Below, piece by piece: positions 14,060 through 28,100 of a stretch of DNA of 64,000 nucleotides. Position numbers and translations under genes: made by a program. The notes below the pieces were generated by a model. The model did no database searches, had not been told where the DNA came from, and saw only the letters and a list, made by a program, of their open reading frames with translations. Numbering within the stretch: the stretch's first letter is position 1; each line of letters starts with the position of its first letter. The stretch covers positions 33,978,001 through 34,042,000 of the forward strand of contig NW_024704743.1 of the NCBI RefSeq assembly GCF_018977255.1, read 5' to 3'. Source of the stretch: Callorhinchus milii. Lineage: Eukaryota.

Positions 14060-14208
14060 ACTGTACCTAAAAAGCAGTAAACTACAGGGGTATGAGGAAA
14101 GGGCAGGTAAATGGGATTGAAAGAATTGCTCTTTAAAGAGCCAGCACAAACACAATGGGCCGAATGGCTTTCTTCTATGCTGTAAATGTCTTGGTTCTAC
14201 GGTTCTAA
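14060..14208 (+). mobile_element. CR1 3' tail fragment, followed by a SINE 3' fragment to ~14330
   Basis: gagccagcacaaacacaatgggccgaatggc..tgctgtaa..ggttctacggttct is a CR1 3'UTR hairpin plus 8-mer tail repeat. Confidence 0.7.
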
Positions 14209-17200
14209 GGATTTGTCCCACAAAATATACAGTCAATTCACTTTACAGTATATCTGTGAAACGCTTTGAGATGTCTCGAAGACGTGATAAGGCGCTATAC
14301 CAAATCCAAGGATTATTATTATTATATTATTGGAAATTAATGCCACATAGTTGTTTTTACCTCAGTATGTGCAAGTTCATCTATTAGATTATTCAAGAAC
14401 TATAGGTTAATAAGGGATCAGGTACAGGTTATAAACCATCATTCTAAGGCTTGCATTTGCCAAACGTTTGATGTAAAGAACCCTGCATAAAAGGAATTTT
14501 GCTTTCATACGATGTACAGTACTTACTAAAATTAGTCAAAGCATACCAAATCTTTAATTATTAATAAATGTAACTGAATCAGTATCTGTGCACCATTAAT
14601 ATTCCAACAGTGAAAGTTGATTTTGAAGTGGTTGCAGCATGAACCTTCCATAATTCCAATTTTGAATGGAATGCGCATTCTCTCCCTGGAGGGACGTATC
14701 TTGCTTGCTTACCTAATTGCAGAAAGTATTAGGTGCAAGTTGGAGAGAGACAAGACTTGGGGACCCCAGAGCATGCCATTGCGAATACTGTCTGTCAAGC
14801 TTCCTACTGCTAGTCCAGCTAGTACCACCCTACCTATTAGTGCTTTGGCTTTCAGGAGCCAAGTGGGTAAAATCCCTGCCTCCAGTAACTGGTCTGCCTT
14901 TCTATGTCCTGCTGATGACCCAGCCTGGCTCAGGAACTGAGCCTTGGAATACAATAGTCCCATCTGGCTCAGGAAAAGAACTACCAAGAACACCACAGAG
15001 GGCTGACTCAACCTTGGAGTCAGGTTAGACCCCGCTTACCTCCAAGCACAGGATGGTAGTCACCAGTTGGTCATTTGACATCTAACAAGATTTAAGTCCT
15101 CACTAAGTGGATAGCAGGTATTAGGAACTCCCTGTGAATTTCCTGGTGAGTAGCTCAGCATGAAATGCATGACAGCATTGTCACCATTGCCAGCATTGCC
15201 ACAGTCCTGGACTCCAGGTAACGCCTTCCAGCAGCTGTCGTCCCAATCTTTCATGACAGATTCCATGTGTTTGGAATGTATTATAGAATCTGTTGTTAAA
15301 TATCTAATTTTTTCTTCTATCCCTTAAGACTGCCGTTGGTGCAAAGTTTACCCACCACTTTCCTATAAAATCCAGATCTCTCCCTTCGCTCAGCAGACAC
15401 CAGCCTGCTTTGTGTCTCTCATCCTACCTGCCACATCATTGGCCGTTCGGCTTTCAGCCTATCTGATCCCATTCTCTGGAACTCTCTCCCGTTCCTTCCC
15501 CCACCTCTTTCAAGATCCTTCTCATTCCACTTGATTGCGGCTTCGGTCGTCTTTCCCCTCCCTACCCCCTCGGATTCCACTCCCATCTCGGGTGTCAAGT
15601 CCCTTTTGACGCCCTCCCTTTGTGAAGGCGGTATATAAATCTAAATATGTATTTGTAACTTCCCCCTCAGGACTTTGGCACAGTGAATGTAAAGGTTTAA
15701 GCACTGCCATTGTCAAAACAAGTAATAATTTGGTCACTCAATCCACAACTCTCTGTGGGACACTGCTGCGCTACACAATTGCTGCCGTGTTTCGCCCACA
15801 AAATATACAGTCAATTCACTATACAGTATATTTTGTGAAATGTTTTGAGACGTCTCAATGACGTATAAGGATTATTATTATTATTAACCCCAATTGCTAT
15901 TCATGGCATTTCAATGCCATTTCACAGGATACCAGTTTATCTCAATAAGAAACCTGCAAAACAGCATTAAAACACTAGATCCAGGTTCAGGAACAACAAC
16001 AGGGGTCACAAGTGGGAAACATTGATGGAAGTACTAAAAACTTTGAAACCAGCTTCAGGGGTGTCTATTGCACCAAAGCCAGATGTTTCACACCAACAGC
16101 CAGTTTTTAACCTTCAATGGGTAAATGTGATGTTTCATGCCAGATTCTGCAAGAACATTCCATACTCATGGAATCTGTTACAAAAAGTCACATTTTTCAC
16201 CTCATTCATTATCCATTAGCCGTGAGCATTCCCAAAGTTCTCTTACACAACATGATTAAATTGGATTAAGGCTGGAATTGATCCACTATGTGACCAGCAG
16301 AGGACAAACGCTGGATGTTGGCAGGAGAACTCTCTGTGGGTAGGGAACAAATAACTGGAGCTCAACATGACCACATTAACCTGCAGTTCAACTTGAACCT
16401 TCACAGAAATGTAACAGCCATATTATGCTGTGCTAATGCTGCTGGGGATGAAGCAGTGCTGTGATGTAGAACAGGAAGGCTGATTTTTACTGACATCCTA
16501 TTCTGGAATTCTGAACATGTGCAGCTTGGCATATGAGCAGAACATCAAAATAGGATGCTAGATTTGTAATATTATTAGATAGCCTACTACACTCAAAAAA
16601 ATCCCTTATCTTTCAAAACTTATCCTTCAAGTGGGTGAGTGAGCCCAGTGCAATTTTCACTCTACGTTTTCACAGTGGGTATGTGTATTGTACAGATCTT
16701 GAAACCACCTCTTGCAGGTAGTGACAGGAGTAGGGCTCCAGTGGGATTCATGGTGGCTCAAACCTCATTATACTGTACGCTTGGTGGTAAATTGCTGTCA
16801 AACTCACAGAGATTCACCACCGAACATGCAGTATTAACACAGCATTAGAGAGAACGCAAGAGACCCACTAGACACAAGCTGCATGGTGGCTGAACCCGGT
16901 ACAGCTAATTCCACAAAAGTGTATAATCAAATGAAAGGATTATTATTATTATTATTATTATAATCCTCACAACATATCCTCCTTTCAGCGCCTTGGGACG
17001 TCCTCCTAATGTGAAAGGTGCTATACAAATGTAATTTGTTGTTGTTGTTTACAGGTGGCCCAAAGTTATTTTACCCCGAAGTTAACAGTGTTTACATTTG
17101 AGCATTTACAGTATATTCTGTGAAACACTTTGAGACGTCTCAATGACGTGATAAGGCGCAATATCAAATGCAAGGATTATTATTATTTATGTTTCTTCCA

Positions 17201-18039
17201 TGATGCTTTGAAATTGGAGTCATTTTGAGGTTAAGCTTGAAGTGCAATACCAATATTTACACTTAAAAGTTTAAGCCACTGTTACAGCTTTTTCCACTGC
17301 CGTCACCTCTTGTAATGTACTAGCAACAGTTCTTGCAAATTAGTTTCTTATTCTCTGCAAGCGTGGAGCTTGTATTTCCACTTTTGGATAATGCAAGATA
17401 ACAATGACTCACTCCCATTAACATGCACACCAAAATTTTATATTATCACATGACATTGGGGTTATTCTCTGCACAGTGATCACCCATTTAGTGTTGAGTT
17501 TATGTTTTACCGTACTTTCTTCTTTGACTCACATCGCTTAGTAGAACTGGTGCTGTTGTAGAGTTGCCAGAAGGCGCTCCATTAAAGGATCCCATGGTCC
17601 CACTCTGCAACTCAAGGTTGTTCCACTTGCTGTGTTTCTGAATAAGCCATTGGTAGAGCCTGATCAGCTCTCAGCACAGCATCTAAGAATCAAAACAGTT
17701 TTTGTGCAAGTGTGAAATGCCTATTCTTTGGATATTAAAGATCCCATTAAAAAATTTGAATAGGGAAGGGTGTTTGTCCCTCTATCCTGCCAAACCCCAT
17801 CCCTGTTAAATAGTTTATTTCACCCTATGGCTGTTTATCAGATCTTACTGTGCAGGAAATGGTTGTTGGGTATGTCACCACACTTTACTGTGATCAGTTT
17901 GGGATGTTTTGACATAAACCGCCATAAACATGTGAGTTCTTTTTTCAAACCCCAATACACAACGCTTCGCAATGTGTTTTGTGGATGAAACACTTTCTTC
18001 TCAGTTATTTTCTCCCTTTTCCCGGTTCTTGGGATGTTA

Positions 18040-20090
18040 ACAACAATAACAACAACAAAATTACATTTGTAAAACGCCTTTCACTTCAGGAGGATGCCCT
18101 AAGGCGCTGGACAGACAGGGTTACGGACCCGAGCTGAGGGTTGGAGTGGGGGAGGGTGGAGGGCAGTGGGGAAGCAGGGAGATTGAAAGCACAGTCGAAG
18201 AGGAGGGTCTTGAGATGGGTCTTCAAGGTGGCAAGGGAGGGGGTGAGGCGGAGGGACTGTGGGATGGAGTTCTAGTGAGTGGGGATAGAGTGGTGGAAGG
18301 CTCACCTGCCAATAATGGGGCAAGTGAGGTGGGGAACGTGAAACAGGCTGGAGCCTGCTGAGCGGAGGGAGTGGGCAGGTTGGTAGGGAGTTAGGATGTC
18401 GGAGAGGTAGGGGAGAGCAAGACTGTGGAGGGCTTTGAAGATGAGGACCAGGATCTTGAACTGTATCCTCTGTGTGATGGGAAGCCAGCGGCTTTGGGCA
18501 AAGTTGAGGGTGATAAGGTCGCGGCGCCTAGTGCGGGAGAGGACACGGGCTGCAGAGTTCTGGATGATCTGCAGCCTGTGGAGGGAGGAGTTGGGGAGGC
18601 CGACAAGCAATCAGTTTGCATAGTTGAGCCTCGATGTAATGAAGGCGTGTATGAGGGTTTCGGTGGCCTGTGGTGTGAGACAGTGTCGGAGCCGGGCGAC
18701 ATTGCGGAGGTGGGGGAAGGCAGAGCAGGTCCTGGCACAGATGTGGGGTAGAAAGGATAGTTGAGGGTCATCCAAGACCCCAAGGTTTCAGACTGGCTTA
18801 GCAAGGTGGAGTGTGCAATTATGGTTGGTGATGCTGTCAGTGCCTGAGGTGAGGAGGCATTGACAGCATCACCAACCATAGTTGCACACTAAGCCAATCA
18901 GGAGAGCCTCGGTCTTGTTGACGTTCAACTGAAGAAACTTAGCTCTCATCCAGGACTTGATATCTGACAGACATTCAGTCAGGACAGCAGTGGTCCTGGA
19001 GTCAAGGGTGGAGGCAGAGAGGTACAATTGAGTGTCACCTCCCTACGTGTGGAAGTTGAACTCATGTCTGCGGATGATGTCACCAAGAGGGAGCATATAG
19101 ATATTGAAGAGGAGGGGACCAAAGACAGAGCCCTGATGATCGCCGCACGAGACGGTCCAGGGGCTAGAACTGAAGCCTCTTGTGGAGGTGAAGTGCAGGT
19201 GGTGTGAGAGATATGATCTGAACCAGTCAAGGACAGAGCTGTGGAGGTTGAGGTGAAAAGAGAGGCGGTGGATGAGGATAGAGTAGTCAACGGTGTCGAA
19301 AGCAGCAGAGAGGTCAAGGAGGACAAGGAGGCAGCGGGAGTCCTGGTCGCAGATGGACAGAATGTAATTTGTCACTTTGATTAGGGCGTTTTCTGTGCTG
19401 TGGGCGGCATGGAAACTCGATTGGAGGGATTCGAGAAGGGAGTGGCGGGAGAGGAAGGAGCGAAGCTGAGAAGCAACAACTTGTTCCAGGACCTTGGAGA
19501 GGAAGGGGAGGTTGGAGGTGGGGTGGTAGTTAGGGAGTAGAGAAGGGTCCATCAAAGGCTTTTTAAGGATAGGAGGGATGACAGTGGTTTTTAATGGGGT
19601 GGGAACAGTACCGGAGGATAGGAAGAGGTTTACGATGTCAGTGAGTAGAGGGGCAAGGAGGTGAAGCTGGGAGGTAAGGAGGGAGGTAGGGATGGGGTTG
19701 AGGGAGAAGGTGGTTGGTTTCATATGGGTTATGGTGGTGATGAAAGAGGAGGGGGAGACAGGTTCAAAGCTGTGGAATGAGGGATGGGTAGGGGCCAGCG
19801 TGGGAGGAGGAGATGGGGAGGGGTTAGCAGTTGCAGTGGCAGAGGCAGCTGAGCGAATTCCCTCGACTTTGGATTCAAGGAAGTCCAGCATCACCTCGCA
19901 GTTGTTATTGGAGGTGAGGATGGGTGAGGCGTGAGAGGGTGGGCGGAGGAGCCGGTCCGTGATGGAGAAGAGGAGCCTGGGGTTGTCCTTCGCCTCAAAG
20001 ATTGTCTTCGAGTAGAATGACGATTTAGCAGAGGCGAGGGCGGAGTGGTAGGATTTGATATGATCCAGCCAAATCTGCCATTGGACCATT
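18040..20090 (-). mobile_element. L2 LINE, ~2 kb 5'-truncated ORF2 (reverse transcriptase), disrupted
   Basis: ORF 19043..20089 contains NYHPTSNLPFLSKVLE, LLVLLDLSAAFDTVD and QGSVFGPLLFNIYM; YADD motif decayed; (TTG)n tail at ~18040. Confidence 0.92.
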
Positions 20091-21419
20091 AGGTCTGATT
20101 TAAACCAGGTGCGTTCAGCGGAACGATTCTGTGCTTTAAGGGAGCATCACACACTGGACACCATAACAACATACAAGAGCAGGTAACTAACTCCCTGACC
20201 TCTTCTAATACTGCTGCCCTCTTGCAATCTTGTAATAAGGTTAGGGGCTGATTTTCTTTTCTTTTTTGCAGAGACATATCTGACCTCAACTCAGTAAATA
20301 TGCATGGAGATATAAACAAAATGACAAACTCACCATTTGGGTGACTGGAGGCACAAAAAAACTCCTAATGCTCTGTAACGAAGCAAGCTTGAGTTTGAAT
20401 GCCAGAGTCCCATTCACAGTTCAAATCCCTGTAAAATTATATACTTTGTTATTATCACACAGTACTTGCTCTTTTATATGTATTTAATCTCTCTCACTTG
20501 ATGGCATACTTATTCATCAATTTACCAGCTCCCAGACAGCAACAACTTGCATTTATATAGCCCTCTTCATGCGGGGTAGTGTCCAGGAGCGCTTAAGTGC
20601 CTCAGTTAACATCACTGTTGAGGCATTTCTGGGGAGATAAATCTGCAAGAGCAACCCAGAATAAGTGGCTAAGTGCAAGAGCAACCCAGACTAATTGTCC
20701 CTTCTTTGCTCTTTTTGGAGAAGCTCCTCTGGTCAAAGGTTTAAGACACCATTTCCATCCAACTCTATCTCCCGACTCACAACCAACAAATCTGATTTCT
20801 ATTAAATATATAGTTTTAAAAGTTCAGAATTAATTTTTGTGTTCTCCAGATTGAGGGATTCAGTAGTGCTGGGGAAGGGATCACTTCCACATTTTCCCCT
20901 CTTTCCTCAATCCCTTCATCTCACTCCCTCCCTTTCTGCTTTCAAACCCCGTTAAAAGCCTACCTCATTCACTGAACCTTCGACTACCTCACACCAACGC
21001 ATCCTATCTCCCACCCAGTGAAAAACCCTTTGAGACGTTTCCCTACGTGAAGGTACTATATAAGTGTAAACTTTTGTTGCTATTGTAGTCGCACACACAA
21101 CAATTCTCCACAGCACCCAATAGACTTGTAAGGAAAAAATGAAAAACTGCATGATACTGAAGGTCAGATCTTAATCCACAGAGAGTTGAAAGCCAAATAC
21201 AGTACTCATGAATTTCTGCAATGAATCCCTTGGATAGAAAATACACAGTACATTTCCATGAAACTCAGTAAGATAGAGTTACTGCAAATAGCGGAACTGA
21301 CACAAGCATTACACAAATGGAAAAAATCACCGTTGTATTAACACAAAGGTCTATGCAGCGTAGCATACATGTGTTTTTAATGTGCCAGTTTCCTTTGTTT
21401 TTTGCTTTTTACTAATAAT

Positions 21420-21845
21420 TCTTACATTTGATAAAGTGTCATTCATTTTGGGAGGGCGTCTAAAAGTGTTTCACAGGATTTATTATGAAGTGTAGTGACT
21501 GTACATTTTGTAGGTGAACGCGGCAGCCGGTTTGTGAACCGCAGTGTGCTGCAAACAGTCATGAAGTGAATGACCATTTTTTGGGGGGGGAAAGGGGGTG
21601 GCGGGGCAGATTGCTGGCCAGTACACTTGGTCAAAAGATTTTTAACGTCCACCTGAAGAGGCAGAGAGGATCTTGCTTCAATGTCTCATCTGAAGGACGG
21701 CACCTCCGACAACGAAGTTCACCCCCAGTACTGCACTGGAGTATCATCTTAAATTATGTTGGTTTGAGTTCAAAGTTCCAATGATGGATTTGAACCCACA
21801 AACTTCTGACTTAGAGGTGAGAGTACTATCCACTGAACCAGACCA
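21420..21845 (-). mobile_element. Old full-length-like Deu-domain SINE
   Basis: aacgtccacctgaa..tgtctcatctgaaggacggcacctcc core and tttgaacccacaaacttctgacttagaggtgagagt head, both as reverse complement. Confidence 0.75.
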
Positions 21846-22334
21846 ACACTTAAGAGTCATGAATAGAATTAAAGTTCCACAAAGTACATTTTCAGTGCTT
21901 TACACACTTCATTCAGAGAGTAATTCAAGCTCTTTACAGTATATTGATCTGTGTTCAGTTCACTGGGAATGTCACACTTGCTGCCACTCAGTTCATGGAT
22001 CAGATTTACATTCCAGTGTATTTCATCACAATTTATATTATTTGCTGTATCTCAGTAGCCAGTGCATATGCAGGTTTGGAAAGGGGATTATTCTCTGCTG
22101 CTGATGCATGGTGCACTCATTTCATACATCCAAATGATTCACTAGCATGTTATTAAATACCAAGCTGCAATTCTATCATCTAATTGTGAGGTGAAGCATA
22201 CAGTACTTTTTTTTCTGCACCGTTGCTCATGGTGCTCAGGAACAGGAGAACAGGACAATGCTCCATAAATATAGCTTCACTTTCCGTGAACTAGATTCTA
22301 AAATGGACGGCTGGTATTGGAGATGAAATGAATA

Positions 22335-22545
22335 AACAGTTTTATCTGGGGAATTGTTGTCCAGGACACTAGGAGAAATTCCTTTCTCTTTTTGAATTGT
22401 GCCATGGGATCTTTAACTTTCACCAGAACAAGCAGCTCATCTTAACGTTTCATCCAAAGAATGGCACCATCAACAGAAGTCTTAATGTGGTGCTTGAACT
22501 CACAACCTTCTGACTTAGAGGCAAAAGCACTATCAACCCAGTCAG
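22335..22545 (-). mobile_element. Deu-domain SINE fragment
   Basis: gtgccatgggatctttaac..catccaaagaatggcacc..ttgaactcacaaccttctgacttagaggc. Confidence 0.65.
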
Positions 22546-23959
22546 CCTGACACCTGCTTTTGAGAATCCTTCATTCTGATAAGCATACGATTTACCGACA
22601 TGTTTTTTTTAAAAAAATTGGTGGGAAAACTACAATTTTCATTTCTACTTGTGCCAATGACAGTGTGCAATATTCTTGTTATTTTTTATTTTCTGCTTTA
22701 AGTTTAATGAGTACAGTGCTGACCTTTGTACCTCAATGTTGTTTAGAAGTAGTTAATAACAAGGCTCATGAATAGTTTACCTGTCCTTTCCCTCTCAGGT
22801 ATTCATGGCAGAAATCCATGTGCATGCAGCTTTCAAGTTGCTATGGTTATATATTTAAATAAGACACAAATGGCATCGTTCCCCACAACACCTGAAGCAG
22901 GGGACAAGGTTAGTTTGTTAAGGAGGTTATAGGAGCCTTTTGTACTGAGGTACAAAATTAAGTTGGTTTTATTCCTGTAGGTTGGGATCATGGCCCTTGG
23001 CCCATCCGTGGCTCAAAGTTTATTTCTACACTCCACACTTAGTTGCAATCATGAATGTGGCGTATATGAATGCCACAAGATTATGGAGCAGCAAGATTTT
23101 TTAAAAAAAAAATTTCCAGCAGTTTTTTATTGCTTGCAAACATTGCAAAACTATACATTCCCCGAGAACTCCAACAGAGCAGCCGCAAGGATTTTTTTAA
23201 TCTTGAAAAAGGCCCCAAATCCCTTAGATCTATGATGATTTCATCATTCAGTAGCTGTAAGCATTCAGCTACTGCTCGTAAAATTGCCATGTGATACAGA
23301 CATAAAAGGCTACAAAATGTATTCCCCTCAGCGATGTTCAGTTTGGAAATCCTTATGTGTCTGTTGAGATCAGTGGTTGGCAGCATTAGAACCTCCTTTC
23401 CATTCATATTCTATATTCCCTTTAGACAACATGAATGTTTCATTGAAAATAATGATTTGTACGTATGGGTGGGTGTGGAGGGGGGGAAAGGGTATTTTAA
23501 ACTTAAGCAGATAGTATTAAACACATAATTTTCATGTACAGCACTGGACGTTCTTTTAAAACTTTATTCCCGTTTTCTCTCCTTGTCTTCCAGGGGCCAA
23601 ATGTCCTGAATTCCAGCCGAGAGGATATGTGGATGAGTGAACTTATCCACAGCCTTCACCAGTTTGAGTTGACGCATAACGGAAGGTGGGGTTCCTTATA
23701 GTTCCTCATCCGTCTTTTTGGCTAAGCACTCTAGTTCCTCTTGGAGGTGAGGCTAAATGGAACAACGTAAATCTGTTAGCTTGCCATCGGGGAGAATGAT
23801 CACTGGGGCTGGGAACTGATCTTGGGTACCACTTCACCTTTGTACCGAGCAGTGCTAAATTCCATTTAATCCATATCTGGCTGACTTTTGTCAGCACTGT
23901 CAGATCAAATTGTGTGCCCGAGCATTGAACAGACAGTTGACATTCCAATTAGGCACCAT

Positions 23960-24575
23960 AAAAAAGACTCACGTTGTTCCAGTCGGACAGCCTGTCACCA
24001 TAAAGACATAGAGGCTATGCAGATTTGCAAAGCACGTGAAAGGCATTCAACGGCAGAGCATCAGAACTTGTATAACTTGTTAGTAAGTCTGCCGTTTGAG
24101 TATTGTGGCCATTCTGATCATCTGAGGAAAGATGTTAGGGCCATACAGAGGGTGCGGAGGAGATTTACTAGGATGATACCAGAGATGAGTGATTTGAATT
24201 CTGAGCAGACGAGAGAAATGGACCTGAAATTCCGGACGAGAGAAACTTGGCCTATTTTTATCACAATAGAGAAATCTGAGGGAAATCTGATAGAGGACTT
24301 TTAAATGATGAAGGGTTTTGATACAATAGATGTGGAGAAATCATTTCTACTGATCGAAGAATCAGTGACTGGAGGGCCTCAGTTCAAAATAGTTCGGAAG
24401 GTGGAAAAAGGGGAGATTAGGAGGATTTTTTTTTACATCGAGTTGTTATGGATTGACTTGCTGGATATGGTGGTCACTAGATAGACATCTAAAAAGGAAG
24501 AAGTAGCAAATGGGATAGAATAAATTGTTCTTTCAAAGAGTCAGCACAGATACGATGGGCTTTCTATGGTTCCAT
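23960..24575 (+). mobile_element. CR1 LINE 3' fragment
   Basis: Translation HLRKDVRAIQRVRRRFTRMIPEM is a CR1 ORF2 C-terminus; CR1 tail (gagtcagcacagatacgatgggc..tctatggttcc) follows. Confidence 0.8.
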
Positions 24576-24590
24576 GACAGGAACCAGGAA

Positions 24591-24950
24591 TGATAATAAT
24601 AATAATAATAATCCTTGCATTTAATATAGTGTCTTATCACATCTTGGAGATGTCTCAAAGAGTTTCACAGAATATACTGTAAAGTGAATTGACTGTATAT
24701 TTTGTGTGCACAGCAGTGTCCCACAAACAGTCGTGGATTAAGTGACCGATTTATTATTTTCTTTTGAAGGAATTTCTATCCCCGGAAAAAAATGATCCAC
24801 CAATCGACTAACAACCAGGTTCCTACTTACTGCTAGGAAAACAGAGGTGTGTGGAGTAAGGAAACTTGCCCAAGATTTCGCCCTGCTGGGAATCGAACCC
24901 AGGTCTCTCACTTGCGAGGCAAGTGCTCTAACTTCTGAGCTACAGGACTC
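24591..24950 (-). mobile_element. Full-length young tRNA-derived SINE
   Basis: (AAT)n tail, complete body and reverse-complement tRNA-like head ending ctacaggactc. Confidence 0.88.
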
Positions 24951-27116
24951 CACTCAAGAGATACAGGAATGTCTCAAAATCAAAGTGAAACAAATGGAAA
25001 AAAATGGTTTGCTAGATAATTTACCATGAATGATGTTTTCTGATTAAGAAATGGAAGCTTGAGTATTCTTTTTAGTGTCCTAATCCAACATGCAAATATG
25101 AATTTGTAATATTCATACAATATATAATTCTAGCCAGTCTTCTCCTCTAAGCTAGTTTTCTGCATTTCTTCTTAAGAACCAGCTTGCAAATTAAGACTCC
25201 ATTGAAGATTTTTCCACCATTCTGCCATATTTAAAATTTTAGGACAAACTGTTTAAGATTAATACTAGCTGGAATTTCAGGTCCATTAAATTGGAATAAA
25301 TATGTAAGAGACATAAAATGAAAGTCTACTTGCTTATAGAAAATGTTTGTTGGAGTCTGGATCTGGGTAAAGATGAGCTGAAATAAATTGTTTAACAGTG
25401 ACTGCTGTAATTTTTCTTTGGAATGCACTAGTTGCAACCAGTGATAAATGTTTAATTATTTTGGATTAACCCTGAAGGCATTATCCCAGGAGAGTTGTCA
25501 TTATAATAATAATTCTTATAATAATCCTTGCATTTGATATAGCTTCTTATCACGTCTTCGAAATGTCTCAAAGCGCTTCACAGAGTATATTGTAAAGTGA
25601 ATTGACTGCATATATTGTGGGCTAAAGGCAGCAGCCAATTGCGCACAGGATTCTTATAGATCTATTCAGGAAAAATATTCCTTTGTCTCAGAACGAATAT
25701 GGAATCATTTTTTTCTCATTCATTTGCTTTTAGTTACTCTTCATCCCTTGCTGGAAATTTTGTCTGAGTACAGATATCCAGTCCCGATAACTGGGGAGAA
25801 ATTCAGTCTTAACTTTGAAGGCGTTTTGTCTGTAGTTCTTTAAAGAACTTACAGAAAACCGCCTTCAAAATTAAAACTGTATTTAAGAATTTGCCAAATT
25901 CTGGATGCTTTGAAATGAACATAAAAACATAAGAATTTGCTAGATGAAAGAAGACCAAGGCCTTCCATCATCCTGGCAGTCGTATGACATGTTGCATCCC
26001 AAACTACTGTATATATTTTATCCTGAGATACTATTTCCATATCCCAGGATATGCCAGTCATCAAGCCCAAATGCAACATGAATAGAGTAAATCTTGACCG
26101 AGAAGGAACTTCTCCCCAAGAAAACCCTGAGCTGAATGTACACAAATGGAAAGTTTGCCCTGTAAACTGACAGTCTAGCTGATATGTCTGGTGTAATAGA
26201 ATCCCATTTGATGAATCACGTGATACCGGCTTCTCCTTTATCACTGACGCCAGCTTTTTTTTGACTGAGAATCCATGAGAAGGGCTAATGGCCATAGGGT
26301 GAGACAGCACCAAGGTTGAAAAGAGTAGGAACAGAGAGTGATCCAATTGAAAAAAAATGTTAAGAGTCAGCATATTTAAAACTGGCTGAGTAAGTGCTCT
26401 TGGATTAATCCTGGCAATTAAGTTAAACTGTGCTCCTACGGTTTGTGGTGATGGTAGCAGCCATATGTTCAGTGTTGCAGATGGTTAAGCAACTGTGTCA
26501 TATAAAAGACGTTGATGACTCTTTATGTGGTTTGGAGAAAAGCACATGTTCCTTATCAGCCAATATGAATACAGGATTAACCCTGGTTTGAAATTGAACA
26601 AAGGTTTTTAGTATAGCACCACACTTATTATTCTTTGTTTTAAAAAAAATCAATAAGAACTTTAGAATTATTTCATTTATTTGTTGAAGATTATAAGGTT
26701 GTTTTTTTTAAGAAAAACGCTTATATTTCCACCAGTTGTGATCCAGTGAATGTTCCTGGAAGATGTTAATATACAGTCAGTGAGGGCAGGACTGGGCTCA
26801 GTCTGATCCCATTTGTTGTCCAATAGTCTATCAACATTCACTGTCTGCACTCACACATCAGGAACAACCGCTTGGCTAAAGAACCAGAGGGTTGACAACA
26901 ACTGTGGAATTCTACCCCACATGAATCAGTGACTTCAAAGAAAATAGAGAAGAAATGGAGGGAAGTCACATTGTTAAATTTACATTTATCTAAATGTATT
27001 AAATATTTACGTACATGGCACAAGTAGAATTCTAACCCAGTGACAAAGCATTGGTTGAAAACTTCCATGTGGTTAATCATCATAAGTGGTGTACATCGAC
27101 TATTTTGGATGCTGGA

Positions 27117-28100
27117 TTTGCTGGATTTCCTCGAGACTAAAATCGAGGTGATCCGTTCAGCCGCCTCTGCCCACCCCATCTCACCCTCACACTCCGGCCC
27201 ATACCCATCTCTCCCTCCACACCTTCGAACCTGTCTCCCACTCCTCTCTCACCACCACTATAACTCGCATGAAGCCCATCACATGCTCCCTCGACCCCAT
27301 CCCTACCCCTCGCCTTACCTCCCAGCTCCACCTCCTCGCACCTTTACTCTTAGACCTTGCCAACCTCTCCCTGTCAACTGGCACCATTCCCACCCCCTAA
27401 AAACAGCTGTCATCCCAATCCTAAAAAAACCTTCCCCGGACCCATCCCTGCTCAGTAAATACTGTCTCACCTCCAACCTCCCTTTCCTTTCCAAGGTTCT
27501 TGAAAGTGTTGGTGCTTACCAGCTTCACTCTTTCCTCTCCCGCCATTCCTTTACCAAAACCCTCCAAACAGGTTTCTGTGCTGCCCACAGCACGGGAACA
27601 GCCCTGGTCAAGGTGTCAAATGACATTCTGTCCTTCTGTGACCAGGGATTTGTCTCCTCATTCTCCTCGACCTCTCTGCTGCCTTTGACACTGTGAACCA
27701 TTCTATGCTACTCCTCCACCTCTCCTCTCACTTTAACCTTCAAGGTTCAGATCCTACCTCTCACATCAGCTGCACTTTGTCTCCACAAATGGCTTCTCCT
27801 GCAGCCTCTGCACCATCTTATGTGGTGTTCCTTAGGGCTCTGTTCTCAGTCCTCTCCTCTTCAACCTGTATATGCTCCCTCTTGGTGACATCATCCGCAG
27901 ACATGGGGCCAACTGCCACATGTACGCAGATGACACCCAACTCTATCTCTCTGCCTCCACCCTCAACCCCAGGACCACTGCTGTCCTGAGTGGTCCTCCA
28001 CACCCCTCCCTGCCCGGGTCCTAATCCCTGATTGTTCAGCGCCTTGGGACGTCCTCCCGATTTGAAAGGCGCTTTAAAAATTTAATTTTGTATTGTATTT
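27117..28100 (+). mobile_element. L2 LINE RT fragment with an internal deletion joining the YADD region to the 3' tail
   Basis: SNLPFLSKVLE, TALVKVSND and [10 protein letters not shown], then a jump at ~27990 to the ggacgtcctcccgatttgaaaggcgc tail. Confidence 0.85.

Noticed and set aside
25849..26373. 174-aa minus-strand ORF
   Set aside because: No recognisable domain; it runs through a CR1 tail fragment and a foldback repeat.
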